A stretch of 64,000 nt of DNA from the human T2T-CHM13v2.0 reference genome, Homo sapiens: contig CP086569.2 in the NCBI GenBank assembly GCA_009914755.4, forward strand, positions 6,208,001 to 6,272,000. The letters are read 5' to 3'. The notes under the pieces are model-generated. The model saw only the letters and a program-made list of their open reading frames with translations, was not told where the DNA came from and made no database searches. The number at the start of each line of letters is the position of its first letter. The stretch's first letter is position 1. The translations under genes and the position numbers were made by a program. Positions 52,801 through 64,000 of the stretch are shown here, piece by piece.

Positions 52801-54169
52801 TCTCCTGGAACTGTACACTATTTAAGAGCAATGAAGATATTTTGGAAGAGCCTAGGAAATTAATGTCAGTTCTCTCAGGGTACGGCATCCTATTCTGTTG
52901 TTTAGAAGAATACTAGAATTAAATAGAAGCATCATTATGTCACATCAAATACAATGTCAACGTAAGTGAAATCCCCCTTTTCATCCATACTTCTAATGGT
53001 GTAAGAGGATTCTGATGAAGATAGAAACTAATGCAATACAACTGGTGGTACATATAAACATAATTTGTTAGGTGTGCTAGGCATGGTAAACCTAACAAAT
53101 TTAAGCTACAATGTCTGAAGAAACAGTTTCCAAAGATTAAAAAAAAATAAATGTAACATTATTAGAAATTACTAACTAGAAAGAGATATCTTTCAAGCTT
53201 TCAATCTGTATATTTTTAGGGCCGCTTAACCTTCTCTTACATGTCCCACATGCATTTTAAATTCAAGATGTTAAAACTAAATTTTTTTATACCCCAACAC
53301 TCCATCTCAGTGAAAGACACCAGTCTACATCTATGTGCTAAAACCAGAAACCTGGAAGTCATTCTTAAATTCTCCTTCCCCATCATCATCTCTCTCAACC
53401 AATCAATTACCAATTTATTTTAAACAAACCTCCTGAATACCCTGAAGAACCTTTAACTTTTCTACATTTTCAGAAACATCATCCTATCAGCCACTAACAA
53501 TCCTCAACTGGGCTATTGTAATGACCTCGCAACTAGTCTTTTTGTTTGTGTCGCTCCCTATAATTCATCCTCTAAAGCTTAGTTTGACACTGTATTCTGA
53601 GCACCTAGTGTCTGGCATATAGTAGTTTATCAATTGATATTTACTGATATTTGTTCAAATAATAAAAGAAGAAAACAAGAAAAAAATGAAATTTTGACAA
53701 ATTAAAAGGCAAATATGATTATTACTACATCTACTAAAAACTCCTCCATGACTTTTGATTACTCTCATGATTAAATCTAAATTCTATAACAAGTTCTATA
53801 GGCTTCTTAATAATCTTTGCATCATTTATCTGTTCAGTCTCTTCACTTGTCACTGTCCCCACCAATGACCCTCTGTATTCTGTATTCTTCACATTTAACA
53901 TCTTTCAGTTCTCTAACCGTGGCATTTTCTCTATTGTCTCTAAAACTCCACAGGCTGATTCTTCTCTCTGGAATACCATCCCCTCTCTGGTTCATGTAGA
54001 CAACTCCTGCTTACTCTTAAAACCACTCCTCTGCTCATTTATTTTAGTATAACTCACCTGCATGCCCCCAAGTCTTAGTTGAGAACCCCATTTCTATGGT
54101 CTCAAACACCTGCTATTCCCTGCATCTTAGCAGTTAGCATATAATATCCACCTGGATGTTTACATTTCT

Positions 54170-54315
54170 TCCTTATTTGCTAAATTTCCAAGAGCAGAGA
54201 CCATGTCTATTTTGTTTTTGGCTACATTCCCAAACCAAGGCACAGTGACTTACACCTAGCAGGTGCTCAGTAAGTATTTGTTCAATACGTGGATGAATGA
54301 GTGAATGAAATTATA
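54170..54315 (+). mobile_element. MIR SINE 3' portion
   Basis: ...ggcacagtgacttacacctagcaggtgctcagtaagtatttgttcaatacgtggatgaatgagtgaatgaa matches the MIR core/3' consensus ggcacatagtaggtgctcaataaatgtttgttgaatgaatgaatga. Similar weaker MIR-like tails are at about 28345-28420 and 53575-53650. Confidence 0.55.
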
Positions 54316-57300
54316 TCATGTCTAGAGATCTTTCTAGTCCATTTTAAAGCTGACATTTCCAAGATAGTTGGTGTGGTAGATGTCATAACACATGACCTCA
54401 CCTCCTCTCATAAATAAAGGACTTATTCTGCAGCTGCTGGGACTGCTGCCAGTAGAAAATCCTCAGTAGTCATCCCCTTTGAGGATGCCTCGGCTAAAGA
54501 AGAGTGCCGGGAACAAGGTTATGCCCACTTCCCAAGATGATATGCAGCCAAATACTGATCCTTATAGGAGCATAAAGGCCTGCTTCTTGCCCTAATTCAG
54601 GGCAGCTCTGAAGGGTCACCCCATTTGCAGAACTCCATAGAGACTAAATTCAGTCATTCCAATCAGAATGCATTGCAGCTTTACCACTCCCTATTCTTTA
54701 TTTAACTCTCTTCACTTTCCTACCACAGGAATTGAATTGAATCTAAGAGCATTCTATAACAGAGTACTTCTAACCTCTGTCTCAGAGTCCATGTTCTAAG
54801 GAACCCAACCTGTGAAAGTTAGAGAATGGAGAAATTTAGTGTTTGTTAAAATTTCAATAAATTATTCTGATTATTTTTGTATTGATTATCTGCATTTGTC
54901 CCTGCCCCCAACCCCATTCCTATATCCATTATTTACCCCTCTCTGTTCTGGTCTTGACCCAGGAGACTGACCTTGGTGGAATTCAGGGTATGATACCTCA
55001 AAATATGGCACCTTGGCATTTGAGTCCTAAGACCCTCATTTAAGAGATTCTCTCTATCTGTCTGAAGGAAAGAAACATTCTTATCTCAGAAAACACAGGA
55101 ACATAAAGAAAAATGTGAACAAACAATCCTTGATAACTTCCCCCAAGCTAATTATCATTAGATTATAGCATTTAGTCTTCTAATTATATTTCTCCATGAC
55201 GATGCACTCTTCATCACTCTTCAAAAGGTTTACCTGTTTCTTTGGGTTTTTATGTCTAAGGATTCCTGTGTCACGTAAAACTTATATCAAATATATTTAT
55301 AGGTTTTTCTCATGTTAGTTTGCCCTTTGGTAAAGAAGCCTCAGACACAACCTAACATGAGAAGAAATGACATATTTCTTTCCTACAACATCCATGTCAG
55401 AATATGCTTCCTGCGCTACCTTGCTGGTCTTGTTCCCAGCTGTGTTAAGCCAGGGGAAGGCAGAAGCAAGAGATAGGATAATGAGAAAAAAGAGGCCGTG
55501 AGGGTCTTTTTTTATGTTTTCTGACATCAATTCTGACACAAAATATATGATTTTATTCTGACAACAAATAAATGTATTTTTCCACACCATTTCTGCAATT
55601 CTCCAATACCAACAAAGTGTTTGAAAATTCAATTCAATTCTCTCACTAACTTCTGTTAGTGGCAGTACCCTATGGGGCAGTAACCCCATAGGTTAAGCAC
55701 AGAGCTCTGTAGGAGCACAGAGCTCCTAAAACCAGAAACAAAGACCAAATACATTTTTTATTACACCACAGTATTTTTTTTAACCTGCTCCATTCTTGCC
55801 TCCATATTACATTTTTTAACAGGAGATGCTATTCTTTGAATTGCTCATTGCTTTACAGTTGTTCACTACAATCTGACTCCTGTTGGGCTTTGATACTACT
55901 ATACTATTCTCTCCTTTTTCCCCTTCTGGTTTAAGGAAAATAGTGTCTTCCTGCTGTTGCTTATCTTAGTAACTCAGCATTCCTAGTTGGTTCTATCTTG
56001 CCAACAGTTGATAGGGGTGTGGGAGGAGATAGTATTTCCACTCCCTTCCCTCTTCTTTACCAGTTGTCAAGTGAAACGTAAGGTGAATTCCATAGTTGTT
56101 CAGAATGCTGTGAGGGAGTCCCATCCTACATTTGGTTAGATTTAAGAAAATCTCTTTCCACTATACCATTTTACAAGAGGAATAACCTGTTTTGAGTTCA
56201 CTTGTATTTTCCTGACTGCCTTGCAATTTGTTTCTCATTAAACTCAGATGTGCCTTTCTTTGCCCTCACGCATTGAGATTTGGCCTTTTCCACTTTTGAA
56301 CTGAGCCCAGAGACCAGAACATTTTTAATTATCAATTAAAAAGTGATGAGGAATCACTAACCAACTCGTTTGTAATGACTGCTTGTCAGGTTACTGTTAC
56401 TGTCCTCTTGACTATGAAAACTGTAGCATACAATAGCAGTACATTTGTTCAACTGTCCGAGTAATCTGCAAAAAGATTATGGCTCTCTAGATTACTTTTT
56501 TAAAGAAAGAGATTAAAAGCTTTACCTCATCATTTAATTTAAAATTAGGTTAAAGTTCTTTTTAATTTATGGGAAGGGGTCATTGACAAAGAGTTCAAAT
56601 AACAATTTTTATAAACATGTTTGATGAGGGCTACATATTGAAGAGTAGTTGCAAATAAATTATTACACAAGAGTAATTGAGCTCACCGTGTCCCTGAAAT
56701 TGACAGACCACATGCATAGTAATTTTCTCTGTTTAGAGAAACTATATAATTAGCCTTAACAAGTAAAGGGAAGAAAGGGATTAACTTTTTGCAAGATGAT
56801 TCTATTAAAGCAGTGCTGTGGGATTTGAAATTTGAACATAGAGCTATTCATTGAAATTCTAAAATAGTTGACATGAGGGAAAATATATTGAAAGATATTT
56901 GGAATTTCTAATTGTACCTGCCCCGATCTCTGGCCAAAGGGCAGCCTTATGGGTCAAAATGGTCTAGAGTTTGTCCCTTGTTATTTGTTACCAGTAAAAG
57001 AATGGTTTAGAATAGGCTTAATGGAGGAATCAGTTAAAGAGTTTTTCTTCTACTAACTCTTGACACAATGAACCCACCATATCAGTCATCACGTAAATGT
57101 CCATAAACCTTGAAAAAGGATCTGATAGTTTGACTCTGTTGACATCTTAGACTCTTTTTGCTGCATTCTTTTCTTCCACATTTCTTTTCTTTTTCCCTTC
57201 CTCCTTTCTTCCTTCCTTTCTTCTGTTCATCATTTCTTCTTAGCTTATTTATACTAGTAATATGAAAATACTTTTTTTATGTAATCGGTATTACATAACA

Positions 57301-57679
57301 ATATATAACTATATCTAATGTATATATATTATATATAGAGAGACAGCACAAAACTTTATTTGCAATTCTCTTTTAGTTGTTTTCCTATTGTGATGATAGG
57401 TAACATTATAATTTCCACAACACTGCTGCTGCTGCATGTGATTATTTCTGCTTTCTCAAAATGATGGAAACAAAATTTAAGTGAAATTACAAGCTTCTGA
57501 AAGTTGCACAGACATTGACCAGCCATAACTGCTTCAGAAGGAATATAACAGGGAAAATTGTCAATTACCAGACATTTTTTGAAAAGGCTTTTTTTTTTTC
57601 CCAAAGCCATCACAAGAGCTCCTATGTTGTCAGAGCAATATCACTTTTTTTATCTCATGGCATCACTTAGGGCTGGTTT

Positions 57680-58650
57680 GTTTGTTTCAACAGCTTTATT
57701 AAGTTATAATTGATTTCCAAAAACCTCATATATTTAATTTATATAATTTGATGAGTTTGAACATGGACATACACTCCTTAAACCATCACAACAATGAAGG
57801 TAATAAAAGTCTTCATCACCTCCCCAAGTTTTCTCATATTTCTTGTTTGTGTGTACATATGTGTGCACGTGCACACATGTGTGGGAAGAACACAACATGA
57901 GAACTACCCTCTTAAGAACTGCTTTAAGTGTAAAATATAGTATCGTTTACTGTATGCACTATGTTTTGGAGCAGATCTATAGAAGTTATTTAACTTGCAT
58001 AACAAACATTATTGCCATTAAATAACAACTCCCTATCTTTCTTCTCCCCAGCCTCTGGCAACCACCATTCTACTCTCTGCTTCTATGAGTTTATTTTCGA
58101 TTTCAAATATAAGTGAAAAAAGAACCATGCAGTGTTTATCCTTCTGTGTGGATGACTTGTTTTACTTAGCATTATGCCCTCCAGGGTCACCCATGTTGTC
58201 ATATATGGCAGAATTTCTTTTTTAATGCTGAATAATATTCCAATGTACATATATATTATGTTTTATTTTTCCATTCATCTGATGATAGACATTTAGGTTG
58301 TTTCTATATCTCAGCTATTGTAAATAATGCTGCAATTAACCTGGAAGTGAAGATATAACTTTAAGATACTGATTTCAGTAATTTTGGATAAGTATCCAGA
58401 ACTGGGATTGCTGTATCATATGGTTGTTTCATTATATTTGCTTTTTATGAAATTTCATATGATTTTTCATATCAAAAACACCATTTTATATTCCCACCAA
58501 CAATGTGCAAGTGTTCCCACTTCTCTACAACTTCAACAACACTTGATATATTTTGGTATTTTTTTGAAAATACCATTGTAAGAGATGTGAGATGGTATTT
58601 GATTGTGATTTTGATTTGCATTTCTCTGATAATTAGTGACGTCGTTACAG
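57680..58650 (-). mobile_element. L1M 3' portion (ORF2 C-terminus plus 3' UTR), sense on minus strand
   Basis: The plus strand reads antisense L1M: cagctttattaagttataattgatttcc...aaccatcacaacaatgaaggtaataaaagtc...ctccccagcctctggcaaccaccattctactctctgcttctatgagttt...cttagcattatgccctccagggtcacccatgttgtcatatatggcagaatttcttttttaatgctgaataatattccaatgtacatatatattatgttttatttttccattcatctgatgatagacatttaggttgtttctatatctcagctattgtaaataatgctgcaat...tattcccaccaacaatgtgcaagtgttcccacttctctacaacttcaacaacacttgatata...gtgagatggtatttgattgtgattttgatttgcatttctctgataattagtgacg. Near-classic L1M/L1MA 3' sequence. Confidence 0.8.
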
Positions 58651-58654
58651 ATAG

Positions 58655-59315
58655 TTAGGCATGAGTGGGGCAGGAGAGGGCTCTCCCCCAACCCACTAGA
58701 ATGTCAGGTGATGGTCTGGCAATTACTGCATTGCCTCTTTAATTTGGTAATGCCAGAGGAAGGTCATTTCCTGATGGTCCAAACCTGTTAATATCAAAAT
58801 ATTAATTGAATGCATGCCCAAGGGAGAAGCAACTTCCTGCACATGAGCATTAAGAAACAAAAATGGTGAAGTATGATCTTCCGCGGGCACATTCCACCAG
58901 AAAAGGGAAGAAAACCTCAGATGGACAGGCTCATAATTCCCTTAACACACTGCGCATGCTCAACTCCAAAGAGTAAGGAAAGTACTGAGCATGTGGGAAG
59001 CCCACTCTAAGGGAAGAATCATGTGGAAGAGGCGAGCTTATAGAAGTCCTAGGATCAAGGTTAAACAGGGCACTTGACTTTCTCTTTCACCTTCACATGC
59101 CCGCTTGGGTTTCTTCCAAGTGCATCGTCCTTTCTTTCCTGTTCTAAGGCCTTTTGAAATAAACTTCCACTTCTGCTCTGGAACTTGTCTCAGTCTCTTT
59201 TTCTGCTTTATGCTCCTCAGTTGAATTCTTTCTTCTGAGGAGGCAAGAACTGAAGATGCTCCGAATCTGTAAGAATAGACCACCAGTAACTTGGGGTAAC
59301 TCGGTTCTTTTCCAA
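58655..59315 (+). mobile_element. Unclassified retroviral-type solo LTR inserted into the L1M
   Basis: About 660 bp interrupt the L1M between ...gataattagtgacgtcg and ttgagcacttttttatatatctgttggtcaactgtatgtc, which are contiguous in L1M (...tgattagtgatgttgagcatcttttcatatacctgttggccatttgtatgtc). The insert carries an LTR-like R region: ccttttgaaataaacttccacttctgctctggaacttgtctcagtctc. Family unknown. Confidence 0.4.
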
Positions 59316-60330
59316 TAACAACAATATTGAGCACTTTTTTATATATCTGTTGGTCAACTGTATGTCTTCTTTGGAAAAATGTCTAACTATTAAGGTATCT
59401 ATTAGATGTCTATCTAGTAAATTGTTTTATTTGGTTTTGTTCCTTTTTTTTTTTTTTTGCTGTTGAGTTAAAGGAGTTACTTATGCATTTTAAGTATTGT
59501 CCTGTTATGATACATCATTTGCAAATATTTTCTCCCATTCCTTAGGTTATCTTTTCATTCTGTTAACCGTTTTCTTTACTATTCGGAAGCTTTCTTATTC
59601 TTATGTAGTCCCATGTGTTTATCTTTGCTTTCATTGTCTGAGCTTTTGGTGTAATATCCAAAAAAATTATTACCAAGGCCAGTGTCACGAACTGTTTTTC
59701 TTCCCAATATTTTCTGTAAAACTGTAGCCTTAAAATTTCCGGTTTTTTGTTTAGATTTTTAATTCATTTTGAGTGAATTTTTGTGTATGGTATAATAAAA
59801 AGTATTCAATTGCATTCTTCTGCATGTAAATATTATTTTCTCAACAGAATTTGTTGAATAGAGTGATATTTTCCTGATTAGGTAACCTTGGCACCCTTGT
59901 GAAATGTCAGGCAACTGCATCTACATGAGTTTATTTCTTGGCTGTCTATTCTCTTCCATTGGACTATATGTCTATTTTTATGCCAGTACCATACAGTGGT
60001 AACTATAGTAACTTTGTTCTATATTTTGAAATGAGAAAGTGTGATACCTCCAGATTTCTTTCCTTCCCAAAATTGTTTTGACTGACTACAGATTTTATGG
60101 TTGCATTTGAATTTTAGGATTCTTCTCTATGGAAAAAATGTCATTGGGATATTTATGGGGATTGCATTGAATCCATAGATTACTTTTGGTAGTATGCATA
60201 TTTTAACAATATTAATTCTGCCAATCTATGGAAATGGAATATCTTTCTATTGGTGTCTACCTTAGTTTCTTTAATCAATGTTTTATAGATTTTGGCATAC
60301 AAATTGTTGCAGAACTTTTCCTTAGTTCAG
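59316..60330 (-). mobile_element. L1M ORF2 fragment continuing the 57680-58650 element on the far side of the LTR insert
   Basis: Antisense L1M motifs continue: gagcacttttttatatatctgttggtcaactgtatgtcttctttggaaaaatgtc...catttgcaaatattttctcccattccttaggttatcttttcattctgttaacc...ctattttgaaatgagaaagtgtgatacctccagatttctttccttcccaaaattgttttgactg...gggattgcattgaatccatagattacttttggtagtatgcatattttaacaatattaattctgccaatctatggaaatggaatatctttctattggtgtctaccttagtttctttaatcaatgttttatag. Confidence 0.8.
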
Positions 60331-60972
60331 CTAAAGATGAGGTCCTTGTCTGTCCCATGGTCATGAAGATTTAGGCTCATAGACAATTTGAAGGGTGAGT
60401 AAAGCAGGGTTTTATTCAGTGAAAAGGAAGAAAAGGGGGAAAAAGAGACTCTCACAAGGCCAGAGTCTCTACTAGAGTGCTTCCCACCTGGCCATTTGAA
60501 TCTCAGTTTCCACACAGGAAGAGAAGGGGCCAAGTTCCTCCCTGCTGCAAATGTTGTGAAATTCCTAAGTTTCCACCTCAGTGGGCAGGCTGGTTGGAGT
60601 TTCTCCAGGGACTCCTTTCCAACTGGCTGTCTCATTTCCCCCTCTAAAGACATGCATCTAACTGCCCTTAGATTAAGGATAAAGACAAAGATGAACTTAA
60701 CTGCTTCCTGCTGACAGGGGTTGCTGTTTGGGGGAAACGGTAGTCAGAGCTCCCTCAAAGTCCTATCTAAGGGATCCCAGCAGAAGGGGCCATCATCAGA
60801 GGCTCAGGTTGCATGACTGTTTTGAGTGTGATGTCCTGAAGGCAAGAACAGATGAACCAGGTTATTAGAAAACATGAATCAAAACAAAACAAGAGAAGGG
60901 AGAAGGACAGCTGAAAGATCCCAAGGCCTTTTACCAGTTTGTACAGGGAGAGGGAGGTCAAAAGCCCAACCG

Positions 60973-60977
<5 letters not shown>

Positions 60978-61004
<27 letters not shown>
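60978..61004 (+). repeat. Pure poly(A)27 tract
   Basis: 27 uninterrupted A bases between ...cccaaccggtttt and ctttacccttttgccagc. Confidence 0.95.
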
Positions 61005-63267
61005 CTTTACCCTTTTGCCAGCAAGTTGGGCTTCTGGGTTCCCTTCCCCTGGGCCCAACCTTAAGTCAACCAGTTTAAGGTTTAGGAAATTACTCTTTAT
61101 AGTTTGGAAGATGCATCTGAAGGGAGTGTCCCATAGTATGGAGAAACAATTACCTATCAATGAAGAGACTCCTGAGGAGGAGAAAGGAATAAAAAGATGG
61201 CATTTTTTCAAAGGAGCCACAGGGGCTCAGGATGCATTTGAAAGGGGTACAGACTAAAGATGAATGGCTACCTATCTAGAAAGACAGGAGCAGGCATGCC
61301 TGGTTCCCTTCTCTTCCTAGCAGATACCCGGAGGTAAATGAGGTAGGAAGAGGAGAGGGTCCTATTTCCCTCTTCTGTCCTTGCATCCCCGAGTTCCAGT
61401 GACCTTGGCAGGTGCTGTCATAGATGTCAAAGAGACTTGCACCCATGAAGCAGGGAGACCTAGAGAATAAGAATTATCCACTCTCACCTATGTCCCTTTC
61501 CAATCTACTGTCAGTAGCCTTAGAGTTCCCTAGACCTCATTTATGCCATGGGTATTAACACAGTTTTTATTCATGAAACAGGAAGTTTGGGGTTGGCTTA
61601 ATTGGCAGGAAACAGCCACACTCACCTGCACTGTGCCTTTTAACCTCTGTTGTCATTTGCCTCTGGATCCCTCAGATCCAGTTTTCTTTCCTAGGGCTTT
61701 GACCCGAAGCTTGGAATTGAGTTTGGGACAAAAATGTTTCTCAGGGCGGTGGGGGTGGGGGTTGCATGGACTCCTTATGATAAGCTAAAGGCTAAGATGA
61801 AACTGTGGAACTGAGTTCTCCTCCAGCAAGGGAGAGGAAAGAATGTCTTGTGACACACTCAGATAACTGATAGCTATAGTTATGCTTGCTAGGATTTGGG
61901 TGCACGGTGCTTGGCTTTTGTTACCTTCCTTGGTCTTACTTTCCCAGAAGGAAACTTCTGGGTGATGGGCACCCTATTTATTCCTTATTTATTCTAACAC
62001 CTGGCAAGATTTGCAGGATAATTGCTCGGAACTAGAATATTGACACCGATTTGTACATTACCCATCCCTTTTGTTCTTTCTGAGCTGCAGCTGGAGATTG
62101 CTGGTAGGTTCACAGGAACAAGCAGAGTTAATCTAAAATGTAGGCAAAAACTTAAAAAGAACTAATGAGTTTAGAATTTAGTGACAAACGTATGGTAAGT
62201 TTTGGAACATAATGTCTCCCTCTCCAGTCCTCATTTTTGTTAAGAAACAAATGATCATAGGACTGAGTTATTCAAATAGATTTTAGTCTTATACTTGGCC
62301 TGATTATTTGCATAAAATGGAGCAAGAATAATTATTTCTACATAGGCCTTTTGGATTACCTTTGATGGAATTCTCTCTTTTCCACAAGGAATCTCAAATA
62401 AGACCTTTTAAAGCCAAGCCAAACCATGGGTTTGTATCTTCAAATACCTGTGAGTAGGGTGATCCTCACCTCTTAAGGTTCCAAGATAAACTTGGAGCTC
62501 CTACACCTGTTTGAAACTGACATTCTTTACTGACAACAAGTCAGGAACCCTGTACAAGGGCTGCACAGACAAGGATATGAGGCCAGTTTCCCCACTGGGC
62601 TTCTACTGGCTCTGTAAGTTGAGCTTGACTCTTCGAAGGGAAACATACCCTTCCAATCTAAGACTTGATAAAATGACCACTTTCTCAAGTTGTGTTCTGT
62701 TACAAAAGAAAAATGAATTCTTCTTGCACTGATGCAATTATATTGCCATAAGTTAGGAATACTCACAGAGAGTTTCTAAATTTTAGAGTAACCAGGAAGA
62801 GAGTAACAAACATGCTCCAAATTTTGTTCATAGGAGTTTATCTTACTCAATTATTGAAGACTGTAAATAGTTCAAAATAAGTTTCCTTCACTATGAAAAA
62901 CAAAACAAGGATCAGCAATATTCCAACCAAAAATCGAAAAGGTTTCTTCAGCTTTCTGAGTTCAGTTCATTTAGTTAACTCTTGTTTTGCTTGATATTCA
63001 TGAACATTTCAGTTCTTCCTTAGTCCTTACATTTTCCTTTATTCCATTGTTACAATTTACAAAGTTACCAGCAGCCTGTACTTGGGAGCACCTTTTATAG
63101 TTCTGTAGCTCATTAGAAACCATCTTTAAAAAAAATTAAAACAAGACAACAATTGTCTGTGAATAGCAAAATGTCCAGGGTAGTTACAATTAGATACGCA
63201 ATTGAAAAAAAATTTGGTTATCTCCGTGGTTTACAATAACGTAACACAAAAACCTTAATTATGATTG

Positions 63268-64000
63268 ATAGTGTGTCCAGAATTGGTTCTTTCTGATGGG
63301 TTCTTGGTCTCACTGACTTCAAGAATGAAGCCGCAGACCCTCACTGTGAGTGTTACAGTTCTTAAAGATGGTGTGTGTGCAGTTTGTTCCTTCAGATGTT
63401 CAGATGTGTCCGGAGTTTGTTCCTTCAGATGTTCAGATATGTCCAGAGTTTCTTCCTTCCAGTGGGTTCATGGTCTTGCTGACTTCAGAAGTGCAGCCAC
63501 AGACCTTTGTAGTGAGTGTTACCGCTCTTAAAAGTGGCTGGTCCGGAGTTGTTTGTTCCTCCTTGTGGGTTCGTGATCTTGCTGACTTTAGGAGTGAAGC
63601 CACAAGCCTTCATGGTGTTACAGCTCATAAAGGTAGTGCAGACCCAAAGGGTGAGCAGCAGCAAGATTTGTTATGAAGAGCAAAAGAACAAAGTTTCCAC
63701 AGCATGGAAGGGGGCTGGAACGGGTTGCTGCCGCTGGCTCCGGTGGCCAGCTTTTATTCCCTTATTTGGCCCCACCCACATCCTGCTGATTGGTCCATTT
63801 TACAGAGTGCTGATTGTTCCATTTTACAGAGTGCTGATTGGTCCATTTTACAGAGTTCTGATTGGTGCGTTTTTACAGAGTGCTCATTGGTGTGTTTACA
63901 ATCCTTTAGCTAGACACAGAGCACTGATTGGTGCATTTATAATCCTTTAGCTAGACACAAAAGTTCTCCAAGTCCCCACCCCACCCAGAAGGCCAGCTGG
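63268..64000 (+). mobile_element. LTR12 (HERV9 LTR), 5' about 730 bp, truncated by the window end
   Basis: ggttctttctgatgggttcttggtctcactgacttcaagaatgaagccgcagaccctcactgtgagtgttacag...gttccttcagatgttcagatgtgtccggagtttgttccttc...gggttcatggtcttgctgacttcagaagtgcagccacagacctttgtagtgagtgttaccgctcttaaaag...gcagcagcaagatttgttatgaagagcaaaagaacaaagtttccacagcatggaagggg...cagcttttattcccttatttggccccacccacatcctgctgattggtccattttacagag... Colinear with the LTR12 consensus, including its U3 tandem repeats. Confidence 0.85.
63785..63955 (+). promoter_or_regulatory. LTR12 U3 tandem-repeat block with reiterated CCAAT boxes (ATTGG on this strand)
   Basis: Four about 23-bp units ctgattggtccattttacagagtg (63785-63877, with variants ..gttccatt.., ..gttctgattggtgcgttttt..), then two longer units ctcattggtgtgtttacaatcctttagctagacacagagca / ctgattggtgcatttataatcctttagctagacacaaaag. 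Each carries the ATTGG core. In LTR12 this block is the known NF-Y-bound promoter/enhancer module. Confidence 0.55.

Noticed and set aside
55315-55689. 124-aa minus ORF in unique sequence
   Set aside because: It has no similarity to anything I recognise and sits in AT-rich sequence with no upstream promoter-like or splice features. It has the length expected by chance in 64 kb. It could only be rescued by conservation or expression data.
63265-63950. Three overlapping plus-strand ORFs (88, 108, 144 aa) with repeated peptide motifs (PFYRVLIG x3, QSADWSILQSAD)
   Set aside because: The repeats in the peptides come from the LTR12 U3 tandem DNA repeats. LTR12 is non-coding, so these are repeat-induced ORFs.
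63785-63955. Regularly spaced short direct repeats, checked for being a CRISPR-like array
   Set aside because: The units are directly adjacent with no unique spacers. They lie inside a recognisable HERV9 LTR in a primate genome with no cas genes, so they are the LTR12 CCAAT repeats.

Overview
This window reads as catarrhine-primate (most likely human) nuclear DNA rather than a prokaryotic or viral locus. It is AT-rich, has no CpG island and is gene-poor; it looks like a deep intron or intergenic desert. More than half of it is recognisable interspersed repeat:
- About ten Alu elements (AluS/AluY), most with intact target-site duplications (TSDs).
- Several L1 copies of different ages: a roughly 7-kb near-full-length old L1 with a tandem second L1 at its tail, a young L1PA insertion with a 5' inversion, and several L1M/L1PB fragments.
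- One full-length ERVL-MaLR element (THE1/MST class) with both LTRs.
- Solo MaLR and ERVL (MLT2-like) LTRs and the start of an LTR12 (HERV9) LTR.
- A Tigger1 DNA transposon with a degraded pogo-type transposase.
- MIR and MITE fragments and many micro- and mononucleotide repeats.

I could not support any bona fide protein-coding exon, tRNA, rRNA or CRISPR array. Every sizeable ORF in the supplied track lies inside a transposable-element body (L1 ORF2 or Tigger1 transposase remnants), or is made by simple repeats, or has no coding signature. I therefore see no evidence for a new biological system. The interesting content is structural: nested and rearranged transposon insertions, a templated patch in a transposon terminus, and an LTR12 promoter-type LTR at the window edge. 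Coordinates come from reading the sequence by eye against remembered consensus sequences and may be off by roughly 5-30 bp. Family names below the class level (for example THE1 vs MST, L1PA vs L1PB) are approximate.
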